Shown here: positions 1-11,009 of the stretch, in pieces
Numbering within the stretch: the first letter of the stretch is position 1
Layout: each line of letters starts with the position of its first letter
Translations under genes and position numbers: made by a program
Notes under the pieces: model-generated
Databases searched by the model: none
The model's input: only the letters and a program-made list of their open reading frames with translations
Told to the model about the DNA's origin: nothing
Assembly (NCBI GenBank): GCA_963665095.1
Contig: OY762069.1
Span: 2,240,001-2,304,000 of the forward strand
Direction: 5' to 3'
DNA from: an uncultured Desulfobacter sp.
Lineage (GTDB): Bacteria; Desulfobacterota; Desulfobacteria; Desulfobacterales; Desulfobacteraceae
DNA length: 64,000 nucleotides

Positions 1-557
1 GTGGCAAAGAAGAACCCGCTGACCCCGGCCTCCATATTGGCCCTGATAAAGTTGATGCAGGTCCGGGTGATCACCTCCAAAGCCCCGTGAACAACCCCAG
101 GGTTTTCTTTGATATCGGTGAAAATCCGGTCTCCGGCCAGTTTTTTGGCAATGGTCAGAGGACTGAAAATCGTCTGGATATAAGGGATGTCTCCCCCTAC
201 CATCTTTGAGACATACTGGGCGAGCTGGAGCTGTTTGCCCCAGGTACCATAGATGGCCGGCAGTTCAGCCAGCTTTTCCCAGTCACTGATATCATTGATG
301 CCCGGGGCCTCAACAATGGGTTCCTTGAATTTGTCACAATAAATTTTAATCTTTGCCCCCCAGTCCTGAATGGTATAGGTGCCAAAGGGCATGAGTTTGA
401 TAAAGTCGTAGTCATATTTTTTAACAAAGGCCACCTGGGTCTCTGCAAGGGACCGGGGATCCTGGTCCACATCAGAATAGTGCATCCACACGGAGACAGG
501 TATCCTGTCCACATCCTGGCCGTTCAAAGCGGCTTTTATCCGTTCCGGCTTATTCAT
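1..557 (-). CDS. Uroporphyrinogen decarboxylase / MtaA-CmuA-like family protein (3' end runs off the window)
   Basis: Manual translation from ATG at 555-557: MNKPERIKAALNGQDVDRIPVSVWMHY...DFIKLMP...QTIFSPLTIA...GVSGFFFA; open to base 1; absent from the ORF track because it is truncated. Confidence 0.8.
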   Translation of the reverse strand, partial: MNKPERIKAALNGQDVDRIPVSVWMHYSDVDQDPRSLAETQVAFVKKYDYDFIKLMPFGTYTIQDWGAKIKIYCDKFKEPIVEAPGINDISDWEKLAELPAIYGTWGKQLQLAQYVSKMVGGDIPYIQTIFSPLTIAKKLAGDRIFTDIKENPGVVHGALEVITRTCINFIRANMEAGVSGFFFA

Positions 558-1596
558 TTCTCTTTCCTGTGTATTTTTTCAGTTGATTTATATCCGGGCA
601 CACCCCCTGCTCCAAATAATCTTTATTCAGATAGAGGCAGGCCGCAGCCACCACTGCATCTGCGCAGGGGGTCTCTATATCCAGGGCATCTCCCAGATGG
701 ACGATGGGAACAATTCCATAGGGAATATCCTCGTAAAAATAACGGTGTTCCAGGGTCTGCGGGGCCATCACATTTTCGTAACTGGCATTTTTCACAAGTG
801 CGTCATACAGGGTGTCGAAGTTATCGGGCCAGAAGCTGTTCAGGGTATCCAGCACCGTATCACATCGCACCCCAAGCCTGTCTGCAATGGCGATTCTTTC
901 ACTGTCAAGGCGGGTGATGGTCTCAACAACGCCCTGCGACACACCCTGCCCGTAAAACCTGAACCGCTCTTTGTTTTCAACTCTTGCCAGATTGAACAGA
1001 CAGACCGGCACATGAATTACCGGATTTGTGGCGCTGATGGAGGTGGCCACAACATCGGACGCCGGCACAAGTCCGGGAAGAATATCTCCCAGACAGTCAA
1101 CCAGGGAATCGGTCTGTTCAGGCTTCAGGGAACTGATGGTGGTACTTTGCTTAATGCTTTTAACATCTACCCGGCACACAGTGTCAACTGCAGCGATAAA
1201 GGGCATGGCACCTGTTTCCGCCACCACACACCCCTGCCGGCCGGCTTTCGTCTCCAGGATCTGTCCGGCCTGATACGCGCCCCAGTTGCTGTTAAAGACA
1301 ACAAGCGTGTGATTGAGCCCCACAAGAGGTTTGAGCTGTTCAAACACCGTCACATGTGCATCTGCTGTGGTAAAGATAAAAATAAAGGAGACCTGGGGAA
1401 CAGCCTGATCAAGGCGCCAGACAGCGGTGGGATGAAAACGGCCGCTGACCTCGCCTGTGGCCTCAAGCCCGTTCTCATTGATCGTGCCCGCCTTTTCCCG
1501 GCTCCTGGTGTATATCAGCACCTCATGACCCGCCCGGGATAAAAAGGCAGTGGCGGCACAGCCTGTATTGCCGGCTCCGATAACTAAAATTTTCAT
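550..1596 (-). CDS. NAD/NADP octopine/nopaline (opine) dehydrogenase family protein
   Basis: Rossmann GAGNTG; NPVIHVP and HRYFYEDIPYGIVP motifs typical of the opine dehydrogenase C-terminal domain. Confidence 0.85.
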   Translation of the reverse strand: MKILVIGAGNTGCAATAFLSRAGHEVLIYTRSREKAGTINENGLEATGEVSGRFHPTAVWRLDQAVPQVSFIFIFTTADAHVTVFEQLKPLVGLNHTLVVFNSNWGAYQAGQILETKAGRQGCVVAETGAMPFIAAVDTVCRVDVKSIKQSTTISSLKPEQTDSLVDCLGDILPGLVPASDVVATSISATNPVIHVPVCLFNLARVENKERFRFYGQGVSQGVVETITRLDSERIAIADRLGVRCDTVLDTLNSFWPDNFDTLYDALVKNASYENVMAPQTLEHRYFYEDIPYGIVPIVHLGDALDIETPCADAVVAAACLYLNKDYLEQGVCPDINQLKKYTGKRNE

Positions 1597-1862
1597 TGGT
1601 TTAATTTCTGCATTTTTTCCAGTGGTATTGCAACTTCATTTCAATTCTGTCATAAAACTTGTATTGACAACTGGACATGGTGTCAAGGATTTTTTTTGAT
1701 GATTCATTTTTTTCGATACTGTGCTAAACAACAAAAATGCTAATAAATATTCATAAAAAATACATACAAAATTGTTATTTAATATTTTGATCATAAACTT
1801 ACTACAACCTTTGCCTTGTGCAGATCCTAAAGTGAATTCAACACTTTGGACAGGACATTTTA

Positions 1863-2594
1863 TTGATGGAAAAGTACACCCCTAAATACATCCTTATCAG
1901 AAATTATATCATTGAAAACATTCAATCAGGACAGTTGCTCAAAGGCGATAAAATCCCCTCTGAGAACAAGTTGTCAGACATGTTTAACGTCAGCCGGGTA
2001 ACAGCCAACACAGCCATCAGAGAACTATCCACCTTAGGCCTGCTTGAACGTATTCAGGGCAAAGGCACCTTTGTAAAAACTGACAGTATTGATCTTGACG
2101 AAAGAGGACATAATATCAGCAAGTCAGCCAAAATCTCCTCGGAAACCGGTGAAACCCGTCACCACAAACTTGAAAAAATTGATGTGGTCCACCCCTGTGA
2201 GGAACTTATCCAAAAGCTGAACCTGGGAGCGGATGAAAAAGTGTATGAGATCATCCGGTTTATGAAAAAGAAAAAAGAAGTCACAGGTATTGACTACAGC
2301 TATATCCCCTATAAATACTTTGAGGACAGGGATATGGACTTCAACCAGCTGGCCCAGACCTACCTGCATGAATTCTTAAACGAGTCCGGTGTTATCCAGG
2401 TGCATAAAATCCATATGCATCTGGGTGCAAAGCTGCCCAATGCCTATGAAATGGAAATTTTTGGCATCACAGAACCCGTCCCCCTGGTGGTATGGGAAAC
2501 AAACGTGCTTGACAGACACGGCCTTTCTGCCGCCATGACCACCACTGTGGCACTCCCTGACCGCTACCGTCCCTATATCAACTTTGAAATTTGA
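1863..2594 (+). CDS. GntR family (HutC/UTRA) transcriptional regulator
   Basis: GntR HTH (IPSENKLSDMFNVSRVT...QGKGTFV) plus UTRA-like C-terminus; divergent from the opine dehydrogenase. Confidence 0.9.
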   Translation: MMEKYTPKYILIRNYIIENIQSGQLLKGDKIPSENKLSDMFNVSRVTANTAIRELSTLGLLERIQGKGTFVKTDSIDLDERGHNISKSAKISSETGETRHHKLEKIDVVHPCEELIQKLNLGADEKVYEIIRFMKKKKEVTGIDYSYIPYKYFEDRDMDFNQLAQTYLHEFLNESGVIQVHKIHMHLGAKLPNAYEMEIFGITEPVPLVVWETNVLDRHGLSAAMTTTVALPDRYRPYINFEI

Positions 2595-2932
2595 TCATGA
2601 AAGATCTTTTATCGGCATTGAAAAGGCCATCAAAAGGAAAAGTCCATCAAAGGCGGATCATTCCGGTGCTGCCATCATTTTCAAATATATTTCATACTTT
2701 TCTTGACAAAAACCGCCATCCTATTATCATAGGAGACATATGGCTGAACTGCTGTTTTCCCCTGCAGAAGACTGCACCCACCCCTTTTTACCCACGCTGA
2801 ATTTACTGCGTTAAGCACGTATAAAATGTATTGACCAGAATATCTGCCCCGCCTTCCCCACACTGAGATCCCCTGTCTGTTTTGATCATGAAGCGTTAAA
2901 ATTTTTTAACCTTTACGAATCAGGAGGGTTTT

Positions 2933-3400
2933 ATGGAAGAGACATTACACGCCCTTTTTTCGGAATTTAAGGGAAGAAAGGAGGAGCTGATCCCATTGCT
3001 CCAGGCTGTCCAAGGGCGCTTAGGTTTTTTGCCCAAAGAGGCGCTTCTCGAAGTTTCCCGATTTATCCAGCTCCCTGAAAGTCAGGTTTTCGGAGTGGCG
3101 ACCTTCTACACTCAGTTCAGATTTTCACCTGTCGGCAAAACCCATATCATGGCCTGCCGGGGCACTGCCTGCCATGTCAGAGGAGCACCGCGCATTCTCA
3201 AGGCCTTTTCCGAAAACCTGGGAATAAAAGAGGGGGAAACCACTCCGGACCTGGAATACTCTCTTGAAACAGTGGCCTGTATCGGCGCATGCGGTCTTGC
3301 GCCATGTGCCACGATCAATACAAAAGTCGAGGGGCAGCTGACCCCTAAAAGGGTCGCAGGCTTTTTCACCAGGAGAGCAAAAAATGAGTTCACTATTTAA
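2933..3400 (+). CDS. NuoE-like 2Fe-2S subunit of an NAD-linked formate dehydrogenase
   Basis: GVATFY, CRGTAC and CIGAC motifs; RBS GGAGG. Confidence 0.9.
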   Translation: MEETLHALFSEFKGRKEELIPLLQAVQGRLGFLPKEALLEVSRFIQLPESQVFGVATFYTQFRFSPVGKTHIMACRGTACHVRGAPRILKAFSENLGIKEGETTPDLEYSLETVACIGACGLAPCATINTKVEGQLTPKRVAGFFTRRAKNEFTI

Positions 3401-5261
3401 AAAACAAATAAAAAAGGCCGACCTTGAATGGACGGCTCTCCAATCCAGTCAAAGGCCTGTGATACGGGTAGGAACAGCGACCTGCGGCAGATCCGCAGGA
3501 TCCCTTCAAACCCTGACCGCCTTTAAATCAAGCGCCGATGCCCTGGGCGTGGATTGCAGTATCATAGAGGTGGGATGTTTGGGGCTTTGTTTTGCTGAAC
3601 CGGTGGTAAGCATCTCCACATGGCCCAGCCCTGCAGTACTTTACGGAAAAATAGACGAATTCAAGGCCAGGGAGTTGATGGAAAAAGATGTAATAAAAAA
3701 CGAACCGATTGAGGAATATGCCCTTGGCACACTGAATGGACAACCAAGGGGGAATATCCCTGAACTATTAAAAACCGATGTTTTTAAACACCAGATCCGC
3801 AGAATACTGAAGCGCTGTGGCCTTATCAATCCTTCAAGCATTGAGCATTACCTTGCAAACGGCGGATACTCAGGGCTTGAAAGGGCCGTAACCATGTCAC
3901 AGGGAGCCATCATCGACGAGGTTACGGCCGCAGGCCTTCGAGGCCGGGGTGGGGCTGGGTTTACCACAGGTGTGAAATGGGGGTTCTGCCGCAAGGCACC
4001 GGGCGAGCCTAAATACCTGATCTGCAATGCCGATGAAGGAGACCCGGGCGCCTTTATGAACCGTTCACTGCTGGAAGGGGACCCCCATTCCCTGATTGAG
4101 GGCATGGTCATTGCCGGCATGGGCATAGGGGCATCCAGGGGCTACATATACTGCCGTGCGGAATACCCTTTGGCCCTGGAACGGCTGGAAACAGCCATCA
4201 GGCAGGCCGAAAACGCAGGCTTTTTAGGCCGAAATATCATGGGCTCAGGGTTTAACTTTGACATTGTTATTAAAATGGGGGCCGGCGCATTTGTCTGCGG
4301 AGAGGAGACCGCGCTCATCTCATCCATTGAAGGGAAACGGGGTATGCCAAGACCACGCCCCCCCTTCCCTGCCATATCAGGATTGTGGGGAAAACCCACC
4401 ATTATCAATAATGTGGAAACCCTTGCATCAGTGGCCCTGATCTTTCAACATAATGCCGGATGGTATGCCGGTACAGGAACTGAACGCAGCAAGGGGACAA
4501 AAACCTTTGCCCTGGTGGGAGAGGTCAAACGGCCAGGCCTTGTGGAAGTGCCCCTTGGGACCACCATCCGTGAAATGGTTTTTGATATCGGTGGTGGCAC
4601 CCGGGGGGATAAGGCGTTCAAGGCTGTCCAGACAGGCGGACCTTCAGGCGGCTGCATTCCGGGAACACTGATAGATACGCCTGTTGACTACGACTCCCTG
4701 AATGCCGTGGGCAGCATTATGGGATCAGGCGGCATGGTTGTGATGAGTACGGATTCGTGCATGGTGGATGTGGCAAAGTATTTCCTGGAATTTACCCAGA
4801 AAGAGTCCTGCGGGGGATGTGTTCCCTGCCGTCTTGGCACAAAACAGATGCTGGACATCCTGGAGGATATCGCGGCCGGGAAAGGCAGCCTTGAAGATCT
4901 GGAAATTTTAGAAGAACTTTGCCGGACAATCCAGAAAAGTGCCCTGTGCGGTCTTGGCCAGACAGCCCCGAACCCTGTCCTGTCTACAATCCGATATTTC
5001 AGATCCGAGTACCTGGCCCATATCATTGAAAAAAAATGTCCGGCACGGGTATGCAGGGAGCTGATTTCATATTTTATTGACCCTGAGAGATGTTCCGGCT
5101 GTGGCAACTGCTCTCGATCCTGCCCTTTAGAGGTCATTTCAGGGCATAAAAACAGACCCCATGAAATTGACCAGTCAAAATGTATCAGGTGCGGAGCCTG
5201 TATGGAAAAATGCTCATCCAAATTCAGTGCGGTCAAATGCATTCCAGGAAAAATTTCTTAA
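3384..5261 (+). CDS. NuoF-like FMN/NADH-binding subunit with N-terminal thioredoxin-like and C-terminal 2x[4Fe-4S] domains (HydB/HylB type)
   Basis: GLRGRGGAGF, CNADEGDPGAF, GAGAFVCGEETAL, ESCGGCVPCR, two CxxCxxCxxxC motifs. Confidence 0.92.
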   Translation: MSSLFKKQIKKADLEWTALQSSQRPVIRVGTATCGRSAGSLQTLTAFKSSADALGVDCSIIEVGCLGLCFAEPVVSISTWPSPAVLYGKIDEFKARELMEKDVIKNEPIEEYALGTLNGQPRGNIPELLKTDVFKHQIRRILKRCGLINPSSIEHYLANGGYSGLERAVTMSQGAIIDEVTAAGLRGRGGAGFTTGVKWGFCRKAPGEPKYLICNADEGDPGAFMNRSLLEGDPHSLIEGMVIAGMGIGASRGYIYCRAEYPLALERLETAIRQAENAGFLGRNIMGSGFNFDIVIKMGAGAFVCGEETALISSIEGKRGMPRPRPPFPAISGLWGKPTIINNVETLASVALIFQHNAGWYAGTGTERSKGTKTFALVGEVKRPGLVEVPLGTTIREMVFDIGGGTRGDKAFKAVQTGGPSGGCIPGTLIDTPVDYDSLNAVGSIMGSGGMVVMSTDSCMVDVAKYFLEFTQKESCGGCVPCRLGTKQMLDILEDIAAGKGSLEDLEILEELCRTIQKSALCGLGQTAPNPVLSTIRYFRSEYLAHIIEKKCPARVCRELISYFIDPERCSGCGNCSRSCPLEVISGHKNRPHEIDQSKCIRCGACMEKCSSKFSAVKCIPGKIS

Positions 5262-5274
5262 ACAGGAGTGTACA

Positions 5275-7950
5275 ATGAGAAAAATAACCCTGACCATTGA
5301 CGGATTTGAGATTCGGGCCAAAAATACCAGCACCATTCTTGAGGTGGCGCTGGAAAACGGCATATATATCCCCAACCTTTGCTATCATGAAGATTTAAAG
5401 CCCTCTTCCGTCTGCCGCCTGTGCCTGGTGGAGGTGGACGGCCGCATGATAACCTCGTGCAACACAAAAGTTGCCCAGGACATGAAAGTCAAAACGGAAA
5501 CCAAGGAAATTGATAAAACACGGCGTATGATCGTGGAGCTTCTTCTTGTCAATCATGAGCTTGATTGCTTTGAATGCAATCAGAGTACCCTTTGCAAGCT
5601 TCAAAAAGCAGCCAACTATGTCGGTGTCGACGAAGAACGGCTCACCCGCCTCCGGCAATCGAGACACGACAGGCCTGTGGACCGGTCTGATCCGTTTTTT
5701 GACTTTAATCCCAACAAATGTATTCTTTGCGGAGTCTGTGTGCGGACCTGTGATGAAATAGCATCTGTCCATGCCATTGATTTTTCCCAGAGAGGATATG
5801 CCACAAGGATCTCAACCTTTGACGACAACCGGTTTAAGGATTCCAGGTGTTCCTCCTGCGGCGAATGTCTGACCCGCTGTCCCACCGGCGCTTTAACCAT
5901 AAAAGAACGAAGGGGTGTATCCCGGTGGGCGCCATCCATCTGCCCATACTGCGGTGTCGGATGTGCTGTAGAGTTAGGTGTCCGGGGGAACCGGATCATC
6001 TCTGTCAAGGGCAGCAGGGAAAACCCGGTGAACAAAGGCCAGTTGTGTGTAAAAGGCCGATTTGGCCTTTCTTTCGTTAACCACGAAGAGCGGTTGAAAA
6101 TGCCCTTGATCCGGAAAAATGGACGACTGGAAGAGGCCTCCTGGGACGACGCCCTGGATCTTGTGGCCAGGGAATTTAAAAAGGTGACAGGGGACCAGTT
6201 TGCTGTTTTCACCTCGGCCAAATGCACCAATGAAGAAAACTATATTATCCAAAAATTTACCCGGGCTGTGATGGGGTCAAATAATATTGATCACTGCGCT
6301 CGACTGTGACATTCCCCTACTGTGGCAGGTCTTGCCACAAGTTTTGGCTCCGGGGCCATGACAAACTCCATCAATGAAATCCGTGATGCCGCCTGCCTGT
6401 TTGTAATCGGCAGCAACACAACTGCAGCACATCCCATCATCTCCCGTCAGATGAAATATGCTGTCAAAGACGGTGCAAAACTAATTGTTGCAAGCCCCCT
6501 TGAAATCGACTTAAGGGAGTATGCCACAATCTTTCTGCAGCACCTGCCTGGCACAGATGTGGCCCTTGTCATGGGGATGATCAAAATCATTGTGGATAAC
6601 GGCCTGATAAACCGGGACTTTATCCGCAACCGATGTGATGATTTTGATAAATTTGCAGCATCCCTTGAAAGCTTTGATCTTGATTTTGTGGAAAAGACCA
6701 CACGCGTTTCAAAAAATGAGATTAGAAAAGCTGCCGCCCTGTTCGCGGAAAACAGCCCGGCAGCCATTTTTTATGCCATGGGCATCACCCAGCACACCCA
6801 CGGCACCGACAATGTCATGGCCCTGGCCAACCTGGCCCTGGCCACAGGAAATGTGGGATGCCGGTCCGCCGGGGTCAATCCTTTGCGGGGCCAGAACAAT
6901 GTACAGGGGGCCTGCGACATGGGCGGACTTCCCAATGTCTTTCCAGGATACCAGAAAGTTGATAATCCGGAATGCCGCAAAAAATTTGAAAGCGCATGGG
7001 GCACCACGCTTCCTTCGTCTCCCGGCTATACCCACACCGAGATCTTTGACTGCATCCATGACGGAATCATCAAGGCGTTATATGTCATCGGTGAAAACCC
7101 CGTGCTTAGCGAGGCTGATGCCGGCCATGCCGCAAAGGCCATTGAAAACCTGCCGTTTCTGGTGGTACAGGATATTTTTATGACCCAGACCGCCCAAAAG
7201 GCCGATGTGGTGCTGCCAGCAGCCACCTTTGCCGAAAAGCAGGGCACGTTCACCAATACAGAACGGCGGGTGCAATGGTTTAAAAGGGCTATCATGCCCA
7301 GGGGCCAGTCAAAACCTGACCACGAGATTGTCTGCGACATAGCCCGGCGTATGGGGGATAGAGGCTTTGAATATACCGGACCTGAAAAAATCATGGAAGA
7401 GATCGCCTCTCTGGTTCCCCAATACGGCGGGATTTCCTATAAACGGCTTGGCAGACATGGCCTGCAGTGGCCATGTCCGGGTAAAAACCACCCGGGAACC
7501 CCTTATCTATATAAAGAAAAATTCTCAACCCCCAGTGGCCGGGCAAAGTTTGTGCCCCTGGTCTACAAACCATCTGCAGAACTTCCGGATGATGAATACC
7601 CTTTTATCCTGACCACAGTCAGGAGCCCCTATCACTTCCACACCTCAACCATGACAGGACGGATTGAAGGGCTGAATCTTCTTCACCCGGAGGAACGCTT
7701 GGAAATGAATGCATCAGATGCAAAAGAGCTTGGCTTTGAAACCGGCACCAGGGTTACAGTGACCTCGAGAAGGGCCAGGGTCAGGGCCAGGGTGCTGATA
7801 TCCGCCAACTGCCCAAAGGGTGTGACCAATATGACATTTCATTTTGCAAAAAACCCCACAAATCTTTTGACCAGCAGAGCCCTTGACCCGGTTGCAAAAA
7901 TCCCTGAAACAAAAATCTGTGCAGTTAAAATCAGCCCTATAGCGCCTTGA
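5275..7950 (+). CDS. fdhF: Formate dehydrogenase alpha subunit (NuoG-like N-terminus + FdhF), selenocysteine-containing
   Basis: ATG at 5275 after AGGAG; in-frame TGA at 6307-6309 in DHCARL-U-HSPTVAGL joins track ORFs 5161..6309 and 6322..7950; CPYCGVGC and PLRGQNNVQG motifs. Confidence 0.93.
6321..6339 (+). promoter_or_regulatory. Bacterial SECIS element of the FDH gene
   Basis: TGTGGCA-GGTCT-TGCCACA perfect 7-bp hairpin starting 11 nt after the TGA; loop resembles the E. coli fdhF SECIS loop. Confidence 0.88.
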
Positions 7951-8154
7951 CTTACAAACTGTTATGACAAAAAGCATTGACACTCCGCCTTGTCAAGCAA
8001 CTCAATGCCTTGATTGTCCAAAGAAAAGCGACCCGGACCGATTGAAATATTTTCTTTTTGCATACACGCTTACATTCGCTTCTGATGAGATACTGGTAAT
8101 CAAGGACTCCCGAAAAAATATAACCCCATGGAAATCAGATAGCTGATTTCAAAT

Positions 8155-9120
8155 TTAACAATGGTGCGGATGAAGCTTATGATCCGAACAGCAGTGCTGA
8201 CTGCTGTCCCTGTAAAAAGGAGTCATGCGCACCAGGATTATCAGCACAGATCCGATGATGGCTGCCAGCACAAGGGTGCCATGGAACCTGTCACTGAACA
8301 AGGAACTGCCAAGGGGCAGGACAAACAGGATAATGCCGTAACTGACCCGGCCGGCAAGGCTCTGGAGGGACATATAGGTGCTCCGCTCAGACTGGGCCAG
8401 CAATGGTGCCAGTTCAGCGTTGATCAACGGCATGCTGATGGCCTTTGAACAGCTCCGGATCAGAAGCAGTACCACCACTGCCGGATGAATCATCACCGCC
8501 ATGGCATAAATAATCAGAAGTTGAAAAAGTGCTGTGGCCATCAGCATCATCCTCACCCGGCAACGATGGCGAATACCTTTGCCGAAACGGGTGAACCAGG
8601 AGGCGATAAGCATGGTTGCCGCCAGGTGAAGACCCGTAAAAAACGGGGTGGTATGCAATGCCATTCCCATGGCGCCCGCCACCTTCCCAAGATAAGGCTG
8701 GTAAAATTCATAGGGAAAACTGAGCCGTACAGTCATGGTCAGGCTGAAAAGCGTAAAAAAAACGGAACCGTCTGGTCCAGGATTTTTTAATCACTCCGGC
8801 CACAGTGGCCTGCAGGGAGGCCTGAGCCCCTGCCACCGGTGCCGGTTCCGTCATTTTCAGCATCACCCCCAAAGAGGCCATGGATGCCAGAAATGACGCC
8901 GCATAAATCCATTTAAGGCCAAACACAGCCAGGGCTCCGCCACCCAGATATAATACACCGACCCCAGCCACAGGGTCTGGGAAAGGGTTAAAACAGAAGT
9001 AAAATACAAAAAAAGGCCGGCCCCCAGAAGTAGCAGTTTCTGAAAAACTGGCAATAGATAGTACCGGATATTGTCATTTAACGGCGTCATGACAGGTAAA
9101 TGCTGGGTATTATTTTTCAT
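8155..9120 (-). pseudogene. Frameshifted MFS transporter remnant
   Basis: Hydrophobic MFS-like segments split over several frames (8863..9120, 8708..8971, 8155..8736); ERSTYMSLQSLAGR motif. Confidence 0.7.
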
Positions 9121-9152
9121 GGTGTCAATCAGATGAATAGAAACTGTCTTAA

Positions 9153-10502
9153 CTATCTGGCCTTAAAGGGGGATGCGCCGATACCGGGCCAGATACGCAA
9201 CACGCCGAACAAGGCCCTGATGCCAATCCACAGGATGGTAACGGCCCAGATCCAGGTCAGGGCATGGGCGGATGTCATATCCACCAGAAATAAAAGCCCG
9301 ATGCAGAACAGGGTCCCCAGCAGCATGACATTGCGTAAAAACTTGAAATCTCCGGTGCCCCAGTGGATACCGTCCGTTCCAAAGGCAACCCCGTTCACCG
9401 GCTGAAACAGGCAGGTCACCAGCCAGGCCGGCCGGAAAACCGCCACAGCCGTATCTGGCACAAGCATGGCCTCAATCAGAGGCCGGCCAAGGATCATGGC
9501 CACCCCGATCATGCCCCCGATCATCCCGGCCCAGAAACAGACGATACCGGCCACCCGCCGGACCTGTTCCGGCCAGTGGGCACCGAGAAAATACCCCACC
9601 AGACTCTGCCCGGTAAGGGCGTGGGCATCAAGGAAAAGCGCAGTAAAAACCCAGAACTGCCGGATAGCCTGGTGGGCAGCGCCTGAGTCCGCCCCCACCA
9701 GCGTGGCCTGCCTGGTGGTCAAAAGAATAAACACTGTCAGCATACCGGTGCGGATAAATATATCCCCGCCGATCTGAAGTAGTTTTACAGCATCCTGAAG
9801 CCGGATATTCTTTGACACCCCAACGCCGGTAACAATGGCCCATACTGCCCAGGCCGCCCCGATCCACTGACTGACGCTGCTGGCCACCGCAGCCCCGGCC
9901 GCCCCAAACGCAGGCACCGGCCCCAGCCCGAAAATCAGCACCACATCCAGAAAAACATTGAGAATATTGACCGCCACAGCAATTTTAAACGGCGTTTTCA
10001 TATCCTGCATGCCGCGCATAATGCCAAACGCGGCAATTGAAACCAGAACAGCCGGCCCGCCAAACAGGCGGATGGTAAAATAGGCGGATGCCATGGCATG
10101 CATCTTCTGGTCAGCCCCCATAAACCGCACGATCCCATCGGAGAAAGGATACAGCAGCACAATAAGCGCAAGCCCGATGGCTGCGGCCATGAGAAGTGCC
10201 AGGGAATTAATCTGCCGTATCCGCGCCATATCCTTTTGCCCCAGTGCATTGGCAACCTCGGTCTGGGTACCGACGGTCAGAAAATTAAACACCCACAAAA
10301 TGCTGGATAGTGAGGTGGCACCCACCCCGACAGCAGCCAGGGAGACCGATCCTAACCGGGAAATAAACGAGGTGTCGCATAAACCGGTCAACGGCTCTGC
10401 CACCAGGGAGAGCAAAAGGGGCAGCGACATGGAAAAAAGGGTAAAATGCGGCGATCGCACAAAAGGATGATTCCGGGGGTCTGTTGATTCTGGTGCAGCC
10501 AT
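9153..10502 (-). CDS. MATE family (DinF-like) efflux transporter
   Basis: About 12 TM segments; EPLTGLCDTSFISRLG, GMQDMKTP and [10 protein letters not shown] motifs. Confidence 0.9.
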   Translation of the reverse strand: MAAPESTDPRNHPFVRSPHFTLFSMSLPLLLSLVAEPLTGLCDTSFISRLGSVSLAAVGVGATSLSSILWVFNFLTVGTQTEVANALGQKDMARIRQINSLALLMAAAIGLALIVLLYPFSDGIVRFMGADQKMHAMASAYFTIRLFGGPAVLVSIAAFGIMRGMQDMKTPFKIAVAVNILNVFLDVVLIFGLGPVPAFGAAGAAVASSVSQWIGAAWAVWAIVTGVGVSKNIRLQDAVKLLQIGGDIFIRTGMLTVFILLTTRQATLVGADSGAAHQAIRQFWVFTALFLDAHALTGQSLVGYFLGAHWPEQVRRVAGIVCFWAGMIGGMIGVAMILGRPLIEAMLVPDTAVAVFRPAWLVTCLFQPVNGVAFGTDGIHWGTGDFKFLRNVMLLGTLFCIGLLFLVDMTSAHALTWIWAVTILWIGIRALFGVLRIWPGIGASPFKAR

Positions 10503-10835
10503 GGCTCAGGGCTCTTTCACTTCATTGGACCATCCGCATGATGATCGCCTGCTTTCTGGCACAATCATTACCGGACGCGTTGCATGTAAAAGTTTACATC
10601 TTAAGGCCGGACCATTTTTTGTCAAGCTGATCTTTTTGAAATCCTTTGAAATCCTTTGAAATCCCAAGATAAGCCTTAAAACAGTTTTGTAATCTTTATT
10701 GCCGGAATTTTCAAAGGGATTTAATCCTTGACACAATCACTACCTGTATGTTTAAAGGCCTAATCAATGCGCTATGAAAGCGCACCGAGTATTTTTAGTT
10801 CCCCCAGATATTGTGGTATCTGATCTTAAATCAAG

Positions 10836-10893
10836 CCAGGAAGGCCAGGTAGAAGAAAAATTGTTCTTCTATATTCGGTTCCTGGTTTTTTTA
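10836..10893 (+). terminator. Putative intrinsic terminator/attenuator in the fmdE 5' leader
   Basis: CCAGGAA...TTCCTGG stem enclosing TAGAAGAA/TTCTTCTA, followed by a T-run; lies upstream of the co-oriented fmdE. Confidence 0.55.
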
Positions 10894-11009
10894 TAAACAA
10901 ATGCTTTAAGTGGCCCGGTTTTGGCTGCCTGGATTTGCATAACATGGCCATACAGCAAATATATTTTAATAAGGCTGTTGATTGAACAGGAATGATAAAG
11001 GAGTTATCT

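Noticed and set aside
6307..6309. Apparent nonsense mutation splitting the FDH gene
   Set aside because: TGA at the catalytic Sec position with a SECIS; not a pseudogene
10740..10900. Moco, cobalamin or SAM riboswitch upstream of fmdE
   Set aside because: Core consensus elements not recognisable; kept only as an unknown attenuator candidate
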